From Candidatus Izemoplasmatales bacterium (GTDB lineage: Bacteria; Bacillota_I; Bacilli_A; Izemoplasmatales; Hujiaoplasmataceae): a stretch of 46,341 nucleotides of DNA. The DNA is taken from the NCBI GenBank assembly GCA_028697025.1, contig JAQVFZ010000001.1:1-46341 (forward strand), read 5' to 3'. The position numbers were made by a program, and so were the translations under genes. Shown one piece after another: positions 35,769 through 43,879 of the stretch. Numbering within the stretch: position 1 is the stretch's first letter; every line of letters begins with the position of its first letter. The notes beneath the pieces were generated by a model that was not told the DNA's origin, did not search any database, and saw only the letters and a program-made list of their open reading frames with translations.

Positions 35769-35800
35769 CAGTACCTCTTTAACATTAAAAAATCTATATT

Positions 35801-37195
35801 TTAACCAGTAGTTTGATGAAGTATAGGTATTTTTCTCTTTAAGTCTCTCATCTCATATTCATATACAATAAAGGATAATAATCCTGCCAATATATCAGAA
35901 ATCATGAAGGTGTACCAAATGCCTGCCACTCCCCAAACGCTCGTAAATATAAAAACAAGAGGAATGAAAAGGATAAACTGCCTGGACATTGCCACTAAAA
36001 ATGATCTAACGGCATATCCCATGGCTTGATAAACGCTGGATAGGATTATTTGAAAACCGACTAAGATAAACCCTATACTTACCCACCTCAACGCGGCTGG
36101 ACCAGCGGTCATGAATATTGGATTTTGCTCGTTGGAAAACAACAGGAATAGCTGTTTTGCAAAAATCAATGATATTGCCAAAATTGAAATAAAATATATA
36201 GTCATGAGTTTTTTTGCATAATCGATGACGTCGTAAAGTCTTTGATACAACTTAGCTCCAAAATTGAAACCAACTATTGGTTGCAGCCCTTGTACCAATC
36301 CAAAACCAGGCATCATCAAAAACATCAACAAACGATTTACGACACCAAAAATTGATATGTATATTTCGGGTTCCATAGGAACATATTTTTTGATTAGATT
36401 ATTTACAATGATTACTAAAACTGCTCCTAAAGCGTTTCTAACAAAAGAGGGAAAGCCAATTGCGGTAATTTCACCGACCATCTTTACATCAACTTGGTGA
36501 AGTTTTCTGAGTTTTATATTTAGGTTTGAATTATTTGATAAAGAAGCGGCAAAAATATAAATGAATGATGCGGTCTTGGCAATTATTGTCGCGATAGCAG
36601 CGCCTTTGACGCCCATGTCAAGTCCCCAATCATAGATGAAAATAGGGTCCAAAATTATATTTACTCCAGCCCCTATAATCATTGAAATCATAGCTATTTT
36701 GGCTCTTCCTTCAGCTCTGGCAAGATTGTTAAAGATTACGGATAGCGAAAAAGGAATCAAGCCAATCAATATATAGAATAAATACTCGTGAGCATATTCA
36801 ATATTGCCTTCAGTAGCCCCAAAAAAATACAACATCTCGTCCAGAAATATTATTCCCAGAACAGCTATGGCAATCGAAAGTACTATTCCCATAAAAATTG
36901 CCGTATTGACACTTTTTCTCATTGTCTCTTTGTCGCTTCTTCCATAAGCTCTTGAAAAGATTGAAGAAGCTCCTATGCCAATCATCAAACCAAATGCCAT
37001 TACTATCATTTGAACCGGATTGGCGATTGATAATGCTCCGATGGCAATATCGCCCACACCTCGACCAACAAATATCGTATCCACTAAGTTGTAAAGAGCA
37101 GTGACAATCATCGCAAAAGTCGCCGGGATTGTTAATTCAATCAGCGCTTTTTTAACGTCTTTTGTTCCTAATAGTTCTGATCTTTTATCTTCCAT
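35801..37195 (-). CDS. MATE-family efflux transporter
   Basis: 464 aa with about 12 TM segments. The N-terminus LIELTIPATFAMIVTALYNLVDTIFVGRGVG is typical of MATE (NorM/DinF-type) proteins. Confidence 0.85.
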   Translation of the reverse strand: MEDKRSELLGTKDVKKALIELTIPATFAMIVTALYNLVDTIFVGRGVGDIAIGALSIANPVQMIVMAFGLMIGIGASSIFSRAYGRSDKETMRKSVNTAIFMGIVLSIAIAVLGIIFLDEMLYFFGATEGNIEYAHEYLFYILIGLIPFSLSVIFNNLARAEGRAKIAMISMIIGAGVNIILDPIFIYDWGLDMGVKGAAIATIIAKTASFIYIFAASLSNNSNLNIKLRKLHQVDVKMVGEITAIGFPSFVRNALGAVLVIIVNNLIKKYVPMEPEIYISIFGVVNRLLMFLMMPGFGLVQGLQPIVGFNFGAKLYQRLYDVIDYAKKLMTIYFISILAISLIFAKQLFLLFSNEQNPIFMTAGPAALRWVSIGFILVGFQIILSSVYQAMGYAVRSFLVAMSRQFILFIPLVFIFTSVWGVAGIWYTFMISDILAGLLSFIVYEYEMRDLKRKIPILHQTTG

Positions 37196-37228
37196 TATTC
37201 ACCTCGTGTTTTTAGCAGCCAATCTTCA

Positions 37229-38830
37229 TTACAAAGGTTTGTACCTTCTCACGATTTCTTCAGCTACTTTGATTCCATCTACTGCCGAAGACATTATTCC
37301 TCCAGCATAACCAGCGCCTTCTCCCATGGAAAAAATGCCCTTGATATTTGTTTCATAGAAATCATCTCTGACTATTCTAATAGGCGATGAAGATCTGGTT
37401 TCAAATCCAGTCATTAAAGCATCGTTCATGGCGAAACCCTTTATTTTTTTTTCAAAATCCAACAAGGCTTTTTTTAAGGTTTTTGAAACGAAATCCGGTA
37501 ACAATCTGTTAAAATCGACAAAGGTAATTCCCGGCTTGTATGTCGATTTAACCAATCCGAATTTTTCAGACTTGCGATTTTTCAAAAAGTCTCCAACTAA
37601 TTGTGCTGGAGCGTTATAATTTCCGCCAGCTTCTATGTACGCCAATCTTTCTAACTGCCTTTGAAAGTACATCCCTGCCAAAACATCTTCTCCCGAAAAA
37701 TCATCGGTCTGAATATTCACCAAGACAGCAGAATTGGCATTGTCTCCATCTCTTTTACTTTCACTCATACCATTAGTTACAACTCCACCAGCTTCAGAAC
37801 TTCCACACATTACATATCCGCCCGGACACATGCAAAAAGTATAGCAACTTCTTCCGTTTTCATCATGATAAGCTAATTTATAATCAGCTGCCTTAAGGGC
37901 TTTGTGATTTTTGAATTCACCATATTGAGACTCGTTTATCAGGCTCTGCGGATGTTCAATTCTTACGCCGATTGAAAATGGTTTTCTCATTAAGTTCAAG
38001 TTTCTTCTTTTTAATAATTCAAACGTATCTCTAGAACTATGTCCGATTCCCATCAATAATACGTCGGTTTTGATAATATCTTTATTGTTGATTTCTATAG
38101 CGAAAATTCTTTCATCTTTCAAGAATAAGTCCGTCAATTGAGACGCAAAAACTATCTTCCCGCCCAAAGCAATAATTTCTTCCCTTATGGATTTGGTTAT
38201 CACCTTCAGTTTATCGGTGCCTACGTGAGGTTTGTTAATATACATCAACTCTTCATCTGCACCATATTTAACCATGGTTTCAAGTACCAGTCGGCATCTT
38301 AAGTCGTTAATTGAAGTAGTCAATTTACCGTCGGAATAAGTACCGGCTCCGCCTTCCCCAAACTGAATTGATGCATCTTTTTTGAATATCCTTGAATCAA
38401 TGAACGTTTGATAGGCCTCGTCGCGTCCGTCAACGTCCAGTCCCATTTCAACTATCAACGGTTTATATCCTCGCCTTGCAAGCAATAATCCCGCGAACAT
38501 GCCCGAGGGTCCGAAACCGACGATAATCGGTCGTTCTTTCAAAAACTTTTCACCACAAGGGACATCGTAATATTTCATGTCCGGAGTAGGGCTGATATGC
38601 TTATCTTTTAGCCTTAAAAGTCGATTTTCTTCAGTTGAGGAAAAATCAATTGTGTAAACCAAATTAATGCTATTTTTCTTTCTGGCATCAATAGCTTTCT
38701 TAAAGATAGTCAATCCCGAAACATCATGTATATTCCATTTGTTCTTGAGAATTTTTCTTAAATTGATAGTCTCCATCCCAGAATTTATTGCCTGATTGGG
38801 AGTTAACTTCAACTCGGTTATTCTTATCAT
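37229..38830 (-). CDS. FAD-dependent oxidoreductase of the uncharacterised COG2509 type
   Basis: 533 aa. An N-terminal ~85-aa domain precedes the Rossmann motif IIVGFGPSGMFAGLLLARRG. Also present are GEGGAGTYSDGKL and a C-terminal GEGAGYAGGI. Its ATG overlaps the upstream stop (ATGA). Confidence 0.7.
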   Translation of the reverse strand: MIRITELKLTPNQAINSGMETINLRKILKNKWNIHDVSGLTIFKKAIDARKKNSINLVYTIDFSSTEENRLLRLKDKHISPTPDMKYYDVPCGEKFLKERPIIVGFGPSGMFAGLLLARRGYKPLIVEMGLDVDGRDEAYQTFIDSRIFKKDASIQFGEGGAGTYSDGKLTTSINDLRCRLVLETMVKYGADEELMYINKPHVGTDKLKVITKSIREEIIALGGKIVFASQLTDLFLKDERIFAIEINNKDIIKTDVLLMGIGHSSRDTFELLKRRNLNLMRKPFSIGVRIEHPQSLINESQYGEFKNHKALKAADYKLAYHDENGRSCYTFCMCPGGYVMCGSSEAGGVVTNGMSESKRDGDNANSAVLVNIQTDDFSGEDVLAGMYFQRQLERLAYIEAGGNYNAPAQLVGDFLKNRKSEKFGLVKSTYKPGITFVDFNRLLPDFVSKTLKKALLDFEKKIKGFAMNDALMTGFETRSSSPIRIVRDDFYETNIKGIFSMGEGAGYAGGIMSSAVDGIKVAEEIVRRYKPL

Positions 38831-40050
38831 ATGTTTTTACTCGCATTCTTGCCGGCAATATATCCGCTGGACCATGCCCACTGTAAATTGAATCCACCGC
38901 AACGACCATCTATGTCCAAAACTTCACCCGAAAAGAAAAGACCGTCTATTACTTTAGATTCCAATGTTCTAGCCTCGACTTCATTAACATCGATACCACC
39001 CGCAGTCACTTGTGAGTCCTCAAAACCAAGACTTCCGGTAATTTTAAATCGCCAGTCAAAAAGCAGGTTAATCAAACTAAATAATTGTTCTTTTGACAAT
39101 TGTTTTACTAGCAGATTACTTTTTTCTATTTTAGCTTCCTTTAATAATACGGAAATAAACCTTTTATTGATTAAACCAATCAATGCTTGATTAATCTCTT
39201 TTTCAGAAGAATTTTGGAATCTACCAATAATCTTTGCTTTTGAAATTGACTGAATTAGAACTACTCTCAGTTCTGGTTTTTTACCTTCAAGCAGAAGCTC
39301 ATTTGCTTTACGGCTAATTTCTAGTATTGTTGGCCCACTGATACCATAATTGGCAAATAAAACATCGCCATTTTCTGATTGCATCACTTCATCATTTAGC
39401 AATAAATCAACTTGCGTATTGATTTTGACGCCTGATAGATGCTTGAGATGCTCAGATTCAACTCTCAATTTTACCAATGCTGGAAATAGACTTGTAATTT
39501 TATGTCCTAATCTTCCAGCTATCTCAAACCCGGATCCATCGCTGCCAGTAATAGACAACGATTTTCCTCCGGTAGCTACAATTACTTTTTTGCCGTTAAA
39601 TTGCTTTCCATCAACTGTCTTGACTTGAAATGTTTCCCGGTTTTTACTGATTGATTTAACTATTTGCTCTGTTTCAACATTAATTTTTCTTTTATTTATT
39701 TCATAAAGAAATACGTCTAAAAAAGTTGAAGCTTGTTCGCTTAAAGGGTAAGTTTTCCCCTCCTCTTCAACCTTAGGAATAATTCCCAAATTATCAAAAA
39801 AATCAATGGTTTCCGAAAAACCAAATTGATTGAATACCTTCTCAACAAACTCCGGGTGATTATAATCGTTTGATGTCATGGTCACATTGGTATAATTGCA
39901 GCGACCATTACCGGTAACCAATATCTTTTTGCCAATGCGATTATTCTTCTCTAAAATCAAGATATTTTGATTTCCATTTTCATTTGCACTCAAAGCTGCC
40001 ATTATCCCGCTAGCGCCACCGCCAACAATTATTACATCATATATATTCAT
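38827..40050 (-). CDS. HI0933/BaiN/RdsA-family NAD(P)/FAD-dependent oxidoreductase (COG2081)
   Basis: 407 aa with YDVIIVGGGASGIMAA, GNGRCNYTN and a C-terminal GGFNLQWAWSSGYIAG, all typical of the HI0933-like flavoprotein family. Confidence 0.8.
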   Translation of the reverse strand: MNIYDVIIVGGGASGIMAALSANENGNQNILILEKNNRIGKKILVTGNGRCNYTNVTMTSNDYNHPEFVEKVFNQFGFSETIDFFDNLGIIPKVEEEGKTYPLSEQASTFLDVFLYEINKRKINVETEQIVKSISKNRETFQVKTVDGKQFNGKKVIVATGGKSLSITGSDGSGFEIAGRLGHKITSLFPALVKLRVESEHLKHLSGVKINTQVDLLLNDEVMQSENGDVLFANYGISGPTILEISRKANELLLEGKKPELRVVLIQSISKAKIIGRFQNSSEKEINQALIGLINKRFISVLLKEAKIEKSNLLVKQLSKEQLFSLINLLFDWRFKITGSLGFEDSQVTAGGIDVNEVEARTLESKVIDGLFFSGEVLDIDGRCGGFNLQWAWSSGYIAGKNASKNI

Positions 40051-40115
40051 GTTATCACTCCAACTCTCATAAAAAAATTATATCATATTTCGCGTTTAAC
40101 TATGTCGATTTTGAA

Positions 40116-40149
40116 ATAAAAAAAAGACTTGCATATTTCACAAGTCTTT
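40116..40149 (-). terminator. Rho-independent terminator of the PAS-GGDEF gene
   Basis: The minus strand reads AAAGACTTG-tgaaatatg-CAAGTCTTT followed by a T8 run. The stop codon lies in the loop. Confidence 0.8.
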
Positions 40150-41061
40150 AGTAGTTATATCAATTTTTTTGTAATAGATGGAGTTCCTCACTTTTTTTGC
40201 TCGATACATATTTGCATCAGCAAAAGAAATTATATCATCATTATCGATATCTATACCCTTCGGAAAAATGGTAACCCCTATACTGATTGTCAGATTTATT
40301 TCTTCGGTTTCACTGGTAAAATCCATGTGTTCAACCTTAGAACGTATATTTTCAGCTATGTTATTGAGATCAAATTCTGAAGTATTGCGAAAGAATACAA
40401 TAAATTCATCTCCTCCGAATCTGCCTACCAGAGCGTCTAATTCAATAAGAGATTGTTTTAGATAATCTGCAAAATCCTTAAGTATGCAATCCCCCTTAAT
40501 ATGTCCATGTTTGTCATTGAATTCTTTAAAATAATCTATATCAATTAATAACAGACCAAAATCATAGCTATCCGAAACATCGGCCATCATTTCTTCAACC
40601 TTTTTCATGAAACCTCTTCGATTCAATAAACCAGTAAGAAAATCGTGATTGGCCATTATTTCATTTTCAGCTTTCGCCTGTCTAAGGTTGTTTTCTATTT
40701 CTTTTGATTCAGTCAAGTCTCTGATAATCATCACTGACCAAAGTTTCTTTCTCTTATCTTTAAAGATTGAGGACGTAATCATAGCTGGAAAAGGTATTTG
40801 GTTTCGTCTCAAAAACGTCAATTCGGCCTTAACATAGCCATACTGTTCGCGATATCTAATCGCCTCTTCTAATCTCGGATCAGAAGGATCGACTAATCCG
40901 TATCTGCCGAGACTAATAATTTCCTTTTCTGTCATATCAAACATTTTGCACGCGGAATCATTGGCTCGATGAACTTTCCCTTCTGGGGTAGTCAAAAGTA
41001 TTGCATCGAGGCTATAATCGAAGATAAGTTTGTAAAATTCGAGGTTTCTATCAAAATTCAT
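40138..41061 (-). CDS. PAS-domain diguanylate cyclase (GGDEF)
   Basis: 307 aa. The N-terminal PAS-like region reads LDAILLTTPEGKVHRANDSACKMFDMTEKEI. The GGDEF domain has the active site RFGGDEF. No RxxD I-site is present at the canonical position, and there are no TM segments. Confidence 0.9.
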   Translation of the reverse strand: MNFDRNLEFYKLIFDYSLDAILLTTPEGKVHRANDSACKMFDMTEKEIISLGRYGLVDPSDPRLEEAIRYREQYGYVKAELTFLRRNQIPFPAMITSSIFKDKRKKLWSVMIIRDLTESKEIENNLRQAKAENEIMANHDFLTGLLNRRGFMKKVEEMMADVSDSYDFGLLLIDIDYFKEFNDKHGHIKGDCILKDFADYLKQSLIELDALVGRFGGDEFIVFFRNTSEFDLNNIAENIRSKVEHMDFTSETEEINLTISIGVTIFPKGIDIDNDDIISFADANMYRAKKVRNSIYYKKIDITTKDL

Positions 41062-41091
41062 ATTTTTTACTCCTTATTATAGTCAAGTATA

Positions 41092-41120
41092 ATTCTACAG
41101 GTAAAAATGAATATTGACAA
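41092..41120 (-). promoter_or_regulatory. Candidate promoter of the PAS-GGDEF gene (TTGTCA, 17 nt, TAGAAT)
   Basis: On the minus strand TTGTCA is at 41120-41115, followed by a 17-nt spacer and TAGAAT at 41097-41092. The RBS AAGGAG is at 41076-41071. Confidence 0.45.
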
Positions 41121-41136
41121 TAGTATTTTCTAAAAA

Positions 41137-42102
41137 TCAACGAAAAATAAATAATTTTACTTTTTTAGCCAAATAAAACAAGCCTTGACTTATCATTATT
41201 GAAGTAAATGCCATTAACCCCATTTTCCCTCCAAAACCATTGAAGTAATCTAAAAAAAGTAAAAATATTATTGCCAGAATTATGCCTATAATTAGAGAAA
41301 TTATCCAATTTGTAATTACATATTTGTTTGACATTCCAACAAAACTGGCGGTAAAGAAAATTCCAGAATAAACGGCTAGATTTGGAAACAAAAAATCAAT
41401 TAAAATTGTTATTATCAGGCTTGGTAGCGCCGAGGCTAGCACTGCGGATTTACCAAGTTGATTATGAATGAAACTTGAGATCATCGATCCCGCTACAGCA
41501 AACACAAAAACTAGGTACCAAATCACTTCAACTTCAATTTCAAGCATTGATTTGGCAAATATAAGTGAAACTATGGTTGTTGAAATAAAAGCTATTGATC
41601 CCAGTCTTCCTCCATAACCATCCAGAATAGTCTTAATTATTTGAAAGGAAAAAACACAAACGATACCGACAATTAACATCTGATAGTGATTTAGTATAGC
41701 ATATGACATCATTCCGGCGAAGGATCCGCAATAAATACCCATTGAGTACTTCCTGAAAAACAAATAACCAAAGAAACCGATTGAAGCCGAGGATAAAACA
41801 CTAGACCATGAAAACAAATAACTAATCTCGTAAGTAAGTATGACCCCAGCAAAAACAAATAATGATTCCCAATTCAAAAACCTGATTTTTTCTTTGGGGG
41901 CCAATCTTGATTTTATGGCGACTGCAATTGATCCAATTACTAACAAGAGAAAAAAGACGCTCGCAATAAACGTTTCATAAAAAGCATCCAAGTTAAAGAT
42001 TACGGTTAGAAAAGCATAAACCACAAAGCCCATAAAAAGAACAAAAACAATTAGTTTATCATGCCTTTTTATCCAGTCAACAATCATATCATCTTTAGTC
42101 AT
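41137..42102 (-). CDS. Polytopic membrane protein (~10 TM) with an internal two-fold sequence repeat; unknown function
   Basis: The start is placed at ATG 42102, with GGGAGA 9 nt upstream. The track's 42135 start has no RBS and lies within about 40 nt of the upstream terminator. The two halves share SVLSSA/AVLASA, GSFAGM/ASFVGM and DGYGGRLGSIAFIS/NGFGGKMGLMAFTS. Confidence 0.7.
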   Translation of the reverse strand: MTKDDMIVDWIKRHDKLIVFVLFMGFVVYAFLTVIFNLDAFYETFIASVFFLLLVIGSIAVAIKSRLAPKEKIRFLNWESLFVFAGVILTYEISYLFSWSSVLSSASIGFFGYLFFRKYSMGIYCGSFAGMMSYAILNHYQMLIVGIVCVFSFQIIKTILDGYGGRLGSIAFISTTIVSLIFAKSMLEIEVEVIWYLVFVFAVAGSMISSFIHNQLGKSAVLASALPSLIITILIDFLFPNLAVYSGIFFTASFVGMSNKYVITNWIISLIIGIILAIIFLLFLDYFNGFGGKMGLMAFTSIMISQGLFYLAKKVKLFIFR

Positions 42103-42171
42103 AAGCAAAAATCTCCCATAAAAAAAGTATAACATATATCAAAGAAGAATTTGAATAAATTATACTTATAA

Positions 42172-42198
42172 TAAAAAGCACACCCCAAAGGAGTGTGC
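42172..42198 (-). terminator. Rho-independent terminator after the 7TM-GGDEF gene
   Basis: The minus strand has GCACAC (42198-42193), a 9-nt loop ctcctttgg (one mismatch short of a longer stem), then GTGTGC (42183-42178). The run TTTTTATT follows. Confidence 0.65.
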
Positions 42199-42205
42199 AA
42201 TACTC

Positions 42206-43732
42206 TTAAATCTGTGTTATCAATCTTAAATAGCTTTCCAGTTCGTCTTTTGCCTTCTTGCGAGAAGCTTTCATAGCATATTGATTTGCGTCAGCTTCAG
42301 TCATAACCTTGTTAAAGGATTTATTGGCATAATTATTCTGCGAATAACCGTAGGAAAATCCAACATGTTTCAATAAATCTTTATCATTGGTCAGTATTTT
42401 CAAATCGTACAATATCTCTTCCAAGTCATTTTTATCCTTGTGAATGGCAATCAATAAGAATTCATCGCCACCCATTCTGATAGGAATCAGGTTTTTATAT
42501 TTGTTTACTACCACCTTTAAAGCATCCGCAAACCTTATCAGTAATTGATCACCGGCCTCATGGCCCAGGTAATCATTAAATTGCTTCAACCCATCAATAT
42601 CAAACATGATGAGAGAATAGTTTTCGTATTTTGCTTCAATTTCCGGTTCAAGACTCTCGAAATAATTACGATTATAGATATTGGTCATCAAATCGTGAGT
42701 CATTACATAGTTAAGATCGTATAGATATTTCCGGTTTTGTGTTTCGTCATAAAAAAGATAGAATTTCCCAGAATGTTTCAAGAAAGGTAAATTGATTTGT
42801 TTTTCCGTCATATGAAAATACAGTTTATTCTCATCAAATGTATTTTCTACTTTTTTATTGTCGGTATAAACAACCGCTTTATCGGAAATACTTTTTATGA
42901 ATTCGGTGAAACCCATTTTTTCTTCCATTTTCATATTGAACTTATCTTCCAGTTCTGGAGAAGCTGCAACAATAACACCACGATGATTTACCAATAAGTA
43001 CATTTCCCTCAGATTATTTAGAATAAAATCATTGCCATTAACCTTCAACATTAATCTAATGTCACGGATGTAAAAAATGAAATATAATAATGTGGTGAGA
43101 ATAACTAGCATTATGTAGGTAGGATCTATTGGAAAATCGTAAAAGAACAGATGTGTCACATTAGTAACTATTCCCAAAACAATACCGATAATCATGACAA
43201 CAAAAGGAAAGACATCTCTTTCATTTTTCAAGTTTTTATATAACCGAATAGCGATACTGCCCATTGCCAGCAACAATATCGCATAACAGACCGCTGTGTG
43301 GATATAGAAGAAAATTCCATGTTTAGCTTCACTGATGATGGCGTAATTCAAACTTGTGCTATAAGGCAACTCCAAGACCAATAGGTGAAGCGTGTTGGTA
43401 TAAGACATAACTAAATCAACCAAGAAAAAGATGCCCGCTCCTATCAAAAAGAAAATATTGATTTTTTTCCCCAAATAATTCAACATCGAGATAAAAATCA
43501 GTATTGTCAAAAGAAAAACCAAGGGGTAGACACTTAAGGTGGAATAATAAACTACCCTAGCACTCAAGGACACGAATTTCAGATAATTAAACATTGTCCA
43601 ACCGAACATGACTAAACTAAGATATTTGAAATATCGATATTTTTTATGTGTATTAAAAAAATCCAGTCTGGCTAAAGGCAAAACCGAAAGAGTAGCTAGA
43701 CCGGCAAAAATCAGCCAAAGATAAGTTCTCAT
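42206..43732 (-). CDS. Membrane diguanylate cyclase: N-terminal 7-TM sensor region, linker and GGDEF
   Basis: 508 aa. About 7 hydrophobic helices occupy the first ~225 aa. The C-terminal GGDEF domain has RMGGDEF. There is no RxxD I-site. Confidence 0.85.
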   Translation of the reverse strand: MRTYLWLIFAGLATLSVLPLARLDFFNTHKKYRYFKYLSLVMFGWTMFNYLKFVSLSARVVYYSTLSVYPLVFLLTILIFISMLNYLGKKINIFFLIGAGIFFLVDLVMSYTNTLHLLVLELPYSTSLNYAIISEAKHGIFFYIHTAVCYAILLLAMGSIAIRLYKNLKNERDVFPFVVMIIGIVLGIVTNVTHLFFYDFPIDPTYIMLVILTTLLYFIFYIRDIRLMLKVNGNDFILNNLREMYLLVNHRGVIVAASPELEDKFNMKMEEKMGFTEFIKSISDKAVVYTDNKKVENTFDENKLYFHMTEKQINLPFLKHSGKFYLFYDETQNRKYLYDLNYVMTHDLMTNIYNRNYFESLEPEIEAKYENYSLIMFDIDGLKQFNDYLGHEAGDQLLIRFADALKVVVNKYKNLIPIRMGGDEFLLIAIHKDKNDLEEILYDLKILTNDKDLLKHVGFSYGYSQNNYANKSFNKVMTEADANQYAMKASRKKAKDELESYLRLITQI

Positions 43733-43818
43733 ATTAACCCGCCCTTACTTGTACATTTATTATACTATCTTTTTATCATAAGGTTAACAAGAATTAATAT
43801 TTTTTATGTAAAAGTCCA

Positions 43819-43857
43819 TAAAAAAGTTTGAGGAATCTATTGTTAGACTCCTCAAAC
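43819..43857 (-). terminator. Rho-independent terminator after the duplicated lipoprotein gene
   Basis: GTTTGAGGA (43826-43834) pairs with TCCTCAAAC (43849-43857). On the minus strand a T6 run (the A-run at 43820-43825) follows. Confidence 0.8.
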
Positions 43858-43879
43858 CTTTAAGAAGGATGATTGATGA

